DNA of 63,178 bases, the filler included, from Folioceros fuciformis (taxonomy: Eukaryota), in assembly GCA_049999805.1 (NCBI GenBank). It is 4 parts of 4 records of this genome, joined end to end, with 100 filler letters (N's around TTAATTAATTAA, not from the genome) between each part and the next. Parts side by side here need not be neighbours in the genome. Positions count along the whole stretch, not along the records: positions 1 to 21,482 come from JBNGIO010005380.1; 3 more parts are not named here. One strand, 5' to 3'. Made by a program: the position numbers and the translations under genes. This document shows, in pieces, positions 1 through 13,284 of the stretch. Position 1 is the first letter of the stretch, and each line of letters starts with the position of its first letter. The notes under the pieces were generated by a model, which was not told the DNA's origin, searched no databases, and was given only the letters and a program-made list of their open reading frames with translations.

Positions 1-3000
1 GGAGGAGGGTGGAGAGGAGGCGGGTGAATGTGGGGCACGCCAGCACGTCCCACGCACTATGCACTATGCGCCAGTGGGCAGTGCCAGATCCACGCTAAAT
101 GGGGCTTGTCTCCTGCCCGAAGCTATTTGCTATTGGCCTCCTCCTCAGCAGGCCAGCCCTGGCCCCTGGCCCGGGTGCGTGATGTCAGGAGCGCCCCGGC
201 AGCGTCCCAAGACGAGCCAAGCCAAGCGAATAATACGCGCTGCAGCCGGACGAGACGTCTTGTCAAACAGCATGAGGAGGAGGAGCAGGAGAGCAGGAGA
301 GCAGGAGAACAGGAGCGGGAGGAGAGAAAAGATTCACTTCTCGCACGACCTCTCTGGGAGCCTCGAGAAGCTCTTCCCTTTTTCTTTTGTTTTCTCTTTC
401 CATCCCTTGGCCTTGGCCTTGTTTTTCCTTTCCTTTGATTTCCTTGCAATTGGGCTTTCGCCCGCCTCTCCTCCTGTGCACTGCGCTGGTGCTGCGCGGT
501 GTACAGTACTGGATTACGGCGATGCAAACGGGGCCCGGCAGCGCAGCCTGGGTGTGTCTGGCTATGGCTGCGCGCTCCGGATTCTTGGACACTCCATCAT
601 CACGTTTGTCTCACCTTTTGTACTTACCCCCGGCAAGGCAAGCAGAAAGCGGGGCCGCATAAAGGAGCCGCGAACAACAACAAACAAGAACAGAAAGGAA
701 AGGAAAGGAAAGGAATGGGCGAGGCAGCAGTTGGCATTGCCGCTCCCTCTGCCCCTCCCCTCTTTACCTCGTCCTCAGTCCGGAATCCGAGCTTGGTCCT
801 GGTCACGGTCCTTGTCCTGGTCCCTGGTCTAGGACGATGTGGCCACTGGCTATGTGTGTAACGAGAAACAGTACAACAGCAGGATATCTCTGCACGCTGC
901 ACGCTGCACGCTGCACTCTGCACTGTCCAGCCCTGACCTGCACGCAGCAAATGCTGCAGCCTCCTGCAGCAGCCCCGGCCCCGGCCCATGCCCAGCCCCA
1001 GGCCCAGCCCCAGCCCAGAAGCACAGCTGAACAGCAGCAGGACCAAGACCGAGACCAGGACCAGCGGGCTAGGACCCGCAGCATCAGCAGCGCAGCACTG
1101 GCAGGAGTCGACTGGCGACTGGCATGAGCAGCAGCTAGCCATAGCTGCCAATCCCCATGGCCATTTGCCATATATTCCATATTCGTGTCAAGCGCCTGTG
1201 CCGACGTCCTCCTATTCGCTGGCGCTCGCATTGCAGCCGCACACTGAACATGGGCCTGCCTTTGCACGTGGCTACCTTGGGATTAGCGTAGCCCAGCCGT
1301 TGGCGGTCCGAACCTGCCTCTCCTATCAAGTGCCCTGCCCTGCCCTGCCCTGCCCTGCTGCCCCCTCTCTCTCTTTCTGTCTTTGTGTCGCCTCGCCCAT
1401 CGCCATAGCCCTTCCTTGCCCTTCCCTTGCCACCAACAGCACCAGCACCAGCACCACGATACGATACGCCGTATGTACTGCCAACTTCGATTCCTCGGCC
1501 ACCACGCGCATACGTATGAATGTTGTGTCTGTGTGTCTATTCCTACCCACTTCCCTCCTTCCTCGGGCGGCAGCGCAGGCCATGGGCCATGGCATGGATG
1601 GAGGCCCAACTCCGGACTCTAATTTCCTCTCCTTCCCCTTCCCTTCCCTCTCCTCTCCTCTCCAACTCCTCACCGCAGTCGGAGTTGTCAACTGTTAGGA
1701 ATCTGGGGCAGGGGACAGCGTCATGCTGCCATCCCGGGCCGCACGCCTGCCTGCGTCGCGGGGGAGTCGGGACCCGCTCCGGGCCCGCACGTGCACGTAG
1801 TCGCCTCGACGGGCGTGCTCCTTCCTCTTCCTGCTCCCCCGCCCTGCCCCGCCCTGCCAGTAGAGTCCGACTCTCTCCCGGCTCCCATTTTCACACTTGA
1901 CGTCCTCGTCCTCGCCACCTTCTCCGTCCCCGTCTCCGCCTCCGTCTCCATCTCCGTCCCCGTCTCCGTCTGTCGACTGTTCCAACCCTGGACGGCCACC
2001 GCCCACTTCTCACCTCCCCTCCCTGCAACCAAAAGCACGCACGGCGGGCTCTGTATCCTCCGCTCTCCGCTGCTGCTGCTGCTGCAAGCAATCGGCTGGA
2101 CTGGACTGGACTGGACCGTACAGGACCAGACCGGACTAGTGTAGACTGGTATGGCAATCGCTCGTCCTCAAGCAACCACAAAGCCCAGCAAGCAAGGTTG
2201 GGTAGAGAGAGCGGAGGGAGGCACGGTAGAGAGAGTGTGCCAAGGGCGGGAAGACTACAGTATGTACGTTCTCATGGGGTGAAGGAAAGGAACCGGTAAC
2301 GTAACTGTAACCGGCCCTGTTGTAGTCAATATTTCTCCCCGTTCCTTCCTTCCTTGTTGTTGCTGCCTGACAGTGAGTGCCTGCCTGGTGTTTGTTGTAC
2401 ATCGTGGTTGTAATGTAACTTTTTGTTAGCTGCTGCTCCTGCTGCTTCTCCTGCCGTTGTTGTTGTTGTTGTCGTTGTTGCTGCTGTTGTTGTTCCTGTA
2501 CACACTCTCTCACAGAACATCGCACAGCTCTCCGTAGACACTGTTGGGAGAGGGCGTGTGTGCGCGCGCGCGCGCAGGGATGAGCCTGGGGCGGTGTGGC
2601 CAGTGGTTGAAGCAGTGCTGCCTACGCCTAGGCCTGAGAGAAAGCCGGCTACTGCTGCCCGCCTTCCTACACCTACTGCACACGCCGGAGAGCAACGCTT
2701 TCCTGTGCAGAAGAAGACGCCTCACCTCCGAAGCCAGGACCCGCGGCCTAAGGCAGTAATGGCGAGGCTTGCCGCACGTTGAGAGGGGCGGGTCGGGTCG
2801 GGGCGGACATAGATAGATCCAACTGTAGGACATGACATGCGTACTGGGAAGCGTGGAACTGGAGAGAGAGTGGCAGGCCCTGACCCTGGCCCTGGCCCTG
2901 GGAAGAGGTGACTGGAATGGCGGAGGGCGGACTGGAATAGCAAGACTCGGACGTGGTTCTCCGGCAGGGACGAGCCCCGCTGGGAGGGAGTGGAGTGACA

Positions 3001-4150
3001 GTGGCACCAACCGCGCGCAGCCGTCTCTCTAATTTAGCAGGCTGCACCACCGGGCAGCAGACGCCGCGGCAAAGGACACATGACAGCCAATTTGAAGGCT
3101 CGCGCCACTAATCCGCCATCGCTGTACAAAAGCAACTGGTAGCCCCGAGCTTACATGGGCCTCCACACCCGCTTCTTCTGCTGTAGACATAACAGGCGCC
3201 GGAAGAGAGACAAGGCTTCCTTGCTCTACGCATCAACAACCACCAGCACCACCGGGGTGGTAGCAGCAGGAGCAGCAGCAGCAGCAGGAGCAGAACCCGG
3301 AGCAGGAGCAGGAGCAGGAGCAGGATCTGGAGCAGGAGTAGCAGGACCTGGAGCAGGAGGACCAGGACCCAGAGGAGTCGGCGGCACTTCTGCCTCCCCC
3401 CGTGCGCCGCCGCGCTTGGCTTGCCTCGCATTGCCGCATTCATTCATCACTGCTTCGTGAACTCGTCTGCTCTACTCCCTAAGCCTTGCAACAGCTGCTC
3501 GTCTCTCAATCCATCCTCGCCGACCCGGGCGGCTTCCCCGGAGCTAGCACCTACCTTCCCTCCCTAGGCCTCCTTCTCCTCCACCTCCCCTTCCTCCTTG
3601 GACTCTTTCCCACTGCCCGTTGTGTCTCTCGTCTCTCTATCTGCAGTCTGGCTGTTCACCTGCAGCAGCGCCCTTGCAGCCTGCTGCTCCGGCACCTGTC
3701 CATGGATCCGGTATGCTGCGCGACAGTATCGCCTTGCTTGATAGGACCAGGCAACAGTAGCACGGGCTGATCGCTCATCGCCAGATCCGATCTTGCTTGC
3801 TCCATTGTTATCTTCCGGCGCCTGCCTTTAGCGGCGCGCTTAGCCTAGCTAGCCTACAGCTGCTGGCAGCCCCCCGGGGCTGAGCACGGCTCGGCTGAAC
3901 TGGGCTGGCCTGGCCTGGCCTGGCCTAGCCTGGCCTGGGAGAATTCTTGTGGAAATCTATGGCTTGAGCGCAGCGCTGTGACTGTCCAATTGCACAGCGA
4001 AGCACAGCGCAGGAGAGAGGAGGGGGTTTGTTGTTGTTGTTGAGGTTCGGCCCCAGGGTTTATCCGCCGGATTGTTGACCGCTGTGTGACGCTTCCGAGG
4101 CACCTTCCTCCGCATGATCATCGTGATCATGTGTGACTGAGCACAAATTC

Positions 4151-5662
4151 ATGAGCGGTCAGGGCAGGCTTGCAGCTTCAGCAGGCGCAGGACAAGGACA
4201 ACAGCAACAGCAGCAGCAGCAGCTGCAGCAGCAGCTAGGCGGGGGCGTGCAGGGACAGGGGCAACAGCCTTCATCGCAGAACAGCTCGGATTCCTCGATG
4301 CTTCTGGAACTCCCCTCCCACAACGTGGTAGGCAATACCGGCTTACTCACCCGATCTTCATCGCAGGGCCGACTGCATCAGTTCCAGCAGCAGCAGCAAC
4401 ATCAACAGCAGCAGCAGCAGCAGCAGCAGCATCAGCAGCACCACCACCAGCAGCACCAGCACCAGCAGCAACTGCAGCAACAACACCAGCAGCATCAACA
4501 CCAGCAGCAGCAGCTGCAAGGCGGACTACAGTCTCTGGGAGCCTCATCCGGTTCTGGCTATGGCGGATCGCCCCTCGCACAGCTGGCGCACGTGCAGGAC
4601 CACCGATCCATGCAGCTCTCGGCATCAGAGCAGGCGCAGCTGCTCCAGCAGGCCCGATCCGGGATGCCGCAATTCCACCATCTCTCCGGCCAGATGCCTT
4701 CACCGTCCTCCTACCACGGAGGCTCCCCTCACCTACTCTCTTCCTCCGGCTTGCTCCGCCAGGCCTCGCAGCTGCACTACCCGCAGCAGCAGGCCAATTC
4801 GCCCCCGGCTCAGCTGCTAGGCCCGGTCCAGTCTCACCGCATGCATCAGGCGCACCTGGAGCAGATTCCTCAGCCGCAGCCTCCGCAAGCTCAGGGTTCA
4901 GGAGGCGGATTGCTGCAAGGGCAGGGACCCGGACCAGGACCAGGACAAGGGCAAGTGCAGGGTCAGGGTCAGGGGGTGCAACAGCAGCAGCAGCAGCAGC
5001 AGCCTGCGGCCCAGCTTAGCCGGTACGAGAGCCAGAAGCGGCGGGATTGGCGGACGTTCGGGCAATACCTCCGCAACAGGCGACCGCCGATCGCGCTCGG
5101 GAGATGCACGGGGGCTATTGTGCTGGAATTCCTACGCTACCTGGACCAATTCGGCAAGACCAAGGTTCACATTCCCAGCTGCTCCTTCTTCGGGGTTATT
5201 GCTCCTCCGCAGCCCTGCGCGTGCCCGCTCCGTCAGGCATGGGGGTCTCTGGACGCTCTGGTAGGACGACTGCGTGCCGCATTCGAAGAGCATGGAGGAT
5301 CCCCGGAGGCCAACCCGTTTGGAGCCAGAGCGGTGCGGCTTTACCTGAGAGAGGTGCGGGACATGCAGGCCAAGGCCCGGGGCATCGCCTACGACAAGAA
5401 GAAAAGGAAGCGACCTCCGTCGGGCCCGGGCGGTACAAGCACAGCGGGAGGAGCTGCAGCGGCAGCAGCAGATACATCGGGTCCAGGCAGCAGTGGTGCA
5501 GGGGGATCCGGAGGCCAGCAACAACAACAGCAACAACAATTGCAGCAATTACACCAGCAGCAGCAACAGCATCAGGCTGGGCCTTCGGGCAGCAGCAGCA
5601 GCTCCTTCGCTTCTGGAGCCCCCATGAGCACGTCGCCTGGACCTTCCACTCAAGAGCTTTGA
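4151..5662 (+). CDS. LSH: ALOG (LSH/G1) family transcription factor with long polyQ/H/G-rich N- and C-terminal regions; single exon
   Basis: ALOG domain at ~5015-5413: [79 protein letters not shown]; followed by NLS KKKRKR. First in-frame ATG is at 4151. Confidence 0.95.
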   Translation: MSGQGRLAASAGAGQGQQQQQQQQLQQQLGGGVQGQGQQPSSQNSSDSSMLLELPSHNVVGNTGLLTRSSSQGRLHQFQQQQQHQQQQQQQQQHQQHHHQQHQHQQQLQQQHQQHQHQQQQLQGGLQSLGASSGSGYGGSPLAQLAHVQDHRSMQLSASEQAQLLQQARSGMPQFHHLSGQMPSPSSYHGGSPHLLSSSGLLRQASQLHYPQQQANSPPAQLLGPVQSHRMHQAHLEQIPQPQPPQAQGSGGGLLQGQGPGPGPGQGQVQGQGQGVQQQQQQQQPAAQLSRYESQKRRDWRTFGQYLRNRRPPIALGRCTGAIVLEFLRYLDQFGKTKVHIPSCSFFGVIAPPQPCACPLRQAWGSLDALVGRLRAAFEEHGGSPEANPFGARAVRLYLREVRDMQAKARGIAYDKKKRKRPPSGPGGTSTAGGAAAAAADTSGPGSSGAGGSGGQQQQQQQQLQQLHQQQQQHQAGPSGSSSSSFASGAPMSTSPGPSTQEL

Positions 5663-7917
5663 TTTGCTCATCGCAGCAGCATCCAAGATCATTACAGGAG
5701 TTGGCTAGATTTTAGCATTTGTTAAACCCCCACTCTGCCGGGAAGACCAGAAACCCTAAGTGTGTTTGATGGGTCAGGCCCCGCGGATTTTTTGATTCCA
5801 ACCATGCCACATGCCAACACACTTGCCTAGATGCTTCATCTTCGGTCTGCTCACATCACCTTCTCTTCTCCGCTCTGCACTCCGACAGAGACGCGAGCTA
5901 CCTTGACTCTATCATCATGGCCAACAAATTTTCCAACTCCCCAAGCTCTTCGTTAACCATTCTTTCTTTCTTTTTTTTGTTTTCTTGTACCTACTAGATA
6001 AAGTACCCGTCATTTCTACCTATCCCTGCTTGGATAAATAGGTTGTAGTTTTCATGTATGTGGAAATTAGGTGGTCATCACCTTTTCCTGATATGATCAT
6101 ATATCATTCCATTCTTTTGTCCAACCCTGAAAATAACATGTCAAGATTTTATTTCATATTAATTTTTATAATTATATTTTATTTACTATTAATAATATTA
6201 AAATCATAAAAAAATATAATTTAATATAATAAAACAAAGCAGGAATAAACGTAATTGATGTAAGATAAAAGTTGAATAACAACTTGATTTTGTGGATTGA
6301 AACTATTCCCCAGTGCGTATATTCACTTTTCAAAAGCTTCTTGCTTGCATTTCCTCTCATTCACATCCAGAACCTAAACCCAACTCTCCACAGACACAAA
6401 GGCCATGATCAACTTGATTTTGTGGATAGGAACTATTATATATCATATATGTATCCTTTTTGTAACTTTTGCTTCATCTTCTTTTATATGGGTTCACTAT
6501 CTCATCTACGTTTAATGACAGAGTCCTAGTGAGATCTAGACATTGAAGAACTTCTTTTCGTTGCATGGAACACCTTTTATCAATGAAAAGAAAGTCTTTA
6601 ATGTGTAGATCTCACTAAGAAATATATTTGAGGTGAAAATTAAAGCAGCTCAAAGTATGTTAAAAGGTCTTATTTCTTCTGCACCTACACACTTAAATAC
6701 ACAATGTCATGCATACTCACTTAGATTATTGAAACAAGTACTTACATATAATCCTCACAAAAGAACATGAACACAATATTATTACGATCTTCTTTGACTT
6801 TTAAGTTTGAAGGAAAATAGCAAGCGAAATAGTAACACATTCTATGTGGCACACAAACCCAAGTGATCATTGAATGTTGCAGGCACAAATCACAGTGAAT
6901 CTTGAAAGCTCTTTTATGACCATATTTTTCCTCTTTTTGGACCATGATCTCTTGAGGGTTATCATTAGTTTTTAGGTTTAGTGGCTAGCCCTGGTGACAG
7001 TTCATCTTTGATGGTTTGTCTCACCTCTATAGTAGGAGTACATGGGTTCCCAACTTGTTTTTCTATATGTGGAACCCTTTAACTTAGTTCATGGTCTTTT
7101 GGAGTAGAAAACCCTATTCAATGACCACATTAATCTTAGTATGTTATGAAAGAGCTGAACAAGATGTTTGGTTCAAGAGACTTCTTGTAAATATTTCTTT
7201 GCACTTCTAGCACTTTCCTTGTATTTGAACAGATGGTGATCTAGTGTGAAAGGTGGAATCCGATCATGATTATTCTTGAACTATTATTTAGAAATCAATC
7301 TAAAGGATTGTTGTCTAATTAATGAAAATATCATTCCTTTACTTTGGAAGGGCCTATGAAAAGACTCTTTTATACAAGGGGCTCAATAGGACTCCTCAAA
7401 CTGCTTTTCAGTCATGCATTTAGCCTTTCTTTGCATTTGTTAGGTAATGGGATTTTAGCCTTCAAGTTTCCGGTCGTTTTTCTTACTTTTAGTCTCCACA
7501 TTTCTAAAATCATGATATATACACAACCTTAACTTCTACCTTTCTTTTCTTACATTTAGTAATAACATTCCTCAAATCGGGATCATACACACAACACCAA
7601 CTACTACCAAACTCTATAATGCAGACTATTACCCAAACAAACCCTTGTCTTCCATGGAGGATGAGGAAAAGCACACAAGCCCCTTATATGAACTTGCAAA
7701 CAAGAAGCTTACTCTATCTTAACACAATTGTTCAACACTTAACCCTCTCTTTACCAAACTTGGATGATTGAACCCGTAAGATAGACAAGCTGTTTTGGTC
7801 AACAAGCCAGTCTTCACACCGACTGAGCACGGGCCGCTGTAGGCCCGTGACTTTCCAAAGCTGAGCAAATAAACTCCAAGCTCTTACACAGTCGGCATCC
7901 AAAGCTTTACTGACCCT

Positions 7918-7950
7918 GCGGAAGCGGAAGCGGAAGCGGAAGCGGAAGCG
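7918..7950. repeat. (GCGGAA)5 microsatellite
   Basis: Read directly: gcggaagcggaagcggaagcggaagcggaagcg. Confidence 0.9.
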
Positions 7951-8133
7951 CAAGTCTATAATAGCACAGGTAAGGTAAGGGGATCTGAACGTGACGTGTT
8001 CCTCTCCCTATACACACTCAAAATCTGAATTGGAGCACTGGAGTGCCTGCTGAAACGTCAAACTCAAGCCAGCTATTGCGACAGTCGATGCAGGCTAGTC
8101 CGTGGCCGGCGGACAATTCGCTCTTTTGCTCTG

Positions 8134-8808
8134 TCAACGGACGCAGGTGGCATACGTGACGGGCACGTCTGCTCTTGGTATCACGTACGAGAAGGGAGTT
8201 TTGATTGCGGCCGCCATGGCTGTCTCTTGTGGTTCGAACCTCCGCTGTAAGATTGTGAGCCAGGTGCAACCTGTTGTGAGGCACGCGCTCATTGGGGCAT
8301 CCGGGGAGATCAGCGACTTCCAGCATATTGCGGAACTCCTGGACGAGGTAGTGCTTGGATGACCAGATGCGTGACGACGGACCAGTCTGGGCCCCAAGGA
8401 TGTGCACACTTGTTGAAGTCGATGATGTACAACAAGCGCAACAAACTTGAATCCTCTGTGGAACACACTGCTGCTTGGTGGAGTGAAGGAAGCCTTGAAA
8501 GGTTGTGAGCATGATTGGGGTGAACTACGAGGATGATCACGTTGCCAAAGGGTCTGCACGCCCCTTCTTTCTTTCGGCAGGAGTGGCGGGAGGATCTGAG
8601 TTACGACGGAAAGGTGAAGTTACTGGAAATATGAAGCTACTGGACATGTATCTTGTGGTGATATAGTATCGTGACAGAGCCTCAATCAATAAGTTTCAGA
8701 TTGCCAACATCACGAGGGACGAATTCACTGCTTCTGAGCCGCATGCAGTCAGGCAAACTGGGAACTCCACTTTTTCCGAAAACGCAACAGGCCAGGGACC
8801 CTTGGTGA
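8134..8808 (+). pseudogene. PBG1: Processed pseudogene of 20S proteasome beta7 subunit (PBG1/PSMB4)
   Basis: Colinear motifs RTQ.AYVTGTSALGI.Y..GVLIAA; GASGEISDFQ; LGPKDVH; MYNKRN; NPLWNTLLLGGVK; MIGVNYEDDHVA; YRDRASINKFQIA; final W-stop. They are spread over several frames with stops and frameshifts, and no introns are seen. Confidence 0.85.
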
Positions 8809-9201
8809 AATACAGGCTACGTGGTTTACAACGATTTCTCTGGAGACTGGAACCGGCCTCCACACCACCCAGTTTAACGCATCCCATCATTGACGTGCCA
8901 GGCGGTGGGTAGGATGCCGCACATAAGGCATGTACTTGCAGATGCGGTCGACGCAATGAGAGATCAAGCGACGAGCAACGATCGGTGCTATCTACCAGGG
9001 GGTGTGTTGACCTGGCTTGTCGGTGCCTGACCAGCCGGCAGCGGAGCCAACATGCTCAAGAGTCACATTCAAAGTGAAATGATTCACACCGTCACCAGGC
9101 AGACATTGATCTGCAGAACTCCGTGTCAAACCGGGGGAGAGGACTTTTCATAGAGTGAAGTCTTCCCGTCCGACGGTCACTAGACGGTCCGGAGTCTTTC
9201 T

Positions 9202-11373
<2,172 letters not shown>

Positions 11374-11446
11374 TCAACAAAAGGCTCGGCAAATAAAAGA
11401 GCCGGAGATATATTTGAAGGTCTCCCGAGTCTGGAATCCACTGTAC

Positions 11447-12627
11447 CTATTGGATCAAATTCCTGACCTCATCATACAAGACAAGAATCAACGCTGCCCC
11501 AGTTCCCCTGACCATGTTTGAAAAAGCGCCTCTGTAGAAAGATTTGATACCTTCTTTGTTGTAGATATACTTCCAACAGTCCAAAGTGCTTTCAAAAGTG
11601 CGCTGCTGCAGACCTGACTGCATCATCATACGATGCCGAACTGTATCTAAAGGATAGGAAATAAGTCCAGCTGACGTTGTCGCTCCCTGAGCCACAAACC
11701 ATCTTTTCCAAAAGGGCAACTGCTTTGAGTCTTGAGACAAATAGTCCTTCGCAGTGTCGAAACCCCCAAAATAGATGCTGCGATGAACTATCATGCCCTG
11801 CAGGGAAGCTGGAAAGCCTCGGTATATACCTCTGAAGCCATCTTTCTGATAAATAGTCCTCAGGAAGTGAATGATCCCCCGGAACTGACGCGCTTCACCC
11901 TTTCCCAGATCAGCTGCCAAGCGAGTGTGCGCTATATCCAAAGGATAGACAAAGACAAGACTTGTGCATCCTGCGCCGGCCCCTGCAAGAAAGTTGCTGG
12001 GGGCTCTGGACAAACTTCCCCCCTCGTATGGCTTACCAGACGTTAGTAGAGCCCGATATAGATCCTGCAAAAGACAAAAATCCACGGCTAATTCACCTGC
12101 AATCCGTGCGTCTTACACCCAGCATAAGGAGGAAGAGCTACCACATGCATGAGACGCTGGTTACGGAGACTTACTTTGAAGGCAAAATTAAGGGCAAGTG
12201 AGGGATAATATCGCAGCACGCTCGTACCGTTCCCCCTCCACAATGAAAGCACTCCTTCTTCCTTGGATATCCTCATGATGCAATCCAACAACCCCTGGTA
12301 CGGTCTTTTGCCGGCTTTGATGGCCATGTTGCTCTCCTGAGTCTGTAGCACCAGCTTTGCTCGCTCCACAGGCGCCACGATAGTGTGAGCCACTCCACCC
12401 ATGGCAGCTCCAGCAGCTAGATCCTTGGGGAAATTGCTCCATAGCTGCTGCTTGCCAGGATCAAGTTCAGAATTCAAGCCGACTGCATCCTTGACAACCA
12501 AATCTTCTTCCTTGCTGCTAATGGCACCACTACGTATGTCAAGAAAAGTCGAGGGAGGCGTGGTAGCATGAGTTGCCGAAGAGGTGGCAGGCAAAGGGTT
12601 CATTCTAATGTGGAGATGACTTTTCAT
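11447..12627 (-). CDS. PM-ANT1: ADP/ATP carrier of the mitochondrial carrier family, PM-ANT1 type; exons 12627-12175 and 12064-11447
   Basis: DLAAGAAMGGVAHTIVAPVERAKLVLQTQESN; LWRGNGTSVLRYYPSLALNFAFK|DLYR; YPLDTVRHRMMMQSG. GT-AG intron at 12174-12065. Confidence 0.9.
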
Positions 12628-13284
12628 GAACCTTCCCCATCTTCACTGCGAGATTTGCTACACACAACAACTGATGCTTACGAAGACCGATCTGCCAGAA
12701 ACAAACATAAGACACGAAAAGATAGTCCGATCATCGTAAACCTGCAGCCCGCGCAGACAGACCCACCGGAAAGCAGAAGCTGCTCATAGCTAAGGTACAC
12801 GTCCTCAGAGTCTAAACAACATTCACGGCCCCGAGCTGAGCGCGCAATCTCTGCTTATGGCAGCACAGCACATGGCCCGGCAAGAAGATACTTATCCGGT
12901 AAAGAGGCTTGATGCAAGTGTCATAAAAGCATAATTGAAATCAAGCGAGACAAGGTTGAACATAGCATGGCCTTGGTTCAGCGTATCGCCAGGACTCTCC
13001 TACCAGCTGCGTCGAACCCGCGCATCCTGCCACTATGGTTTCGAACATTGCTCTAGATCAACCTTGGCAAATAGCCGAGCAGAAGTGAAGGGGACGAGAG
13101 TGGCCAAATATATATGACAAGTTTGTAGCGAGCTAAGAAAATCCGACCTGGATGCCCTAGGCCTCCACGTGGAAACAATTAAACAGAAAATGTGATGAGC
13201 TGTGCGCTTGTTAGACTGTCCACACAGCAATTTACGCATTTGAATGAGGAGCTTCTGCATGTGGGTGGGTCACATGGTGCGCGC

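Noticed and set aside
28-3770. Many overlapping 60-260 aa ORFs
   Set aside because: They are products of GC-rich microsatellites in all frames, with no domain motifs or consistent exon structure.
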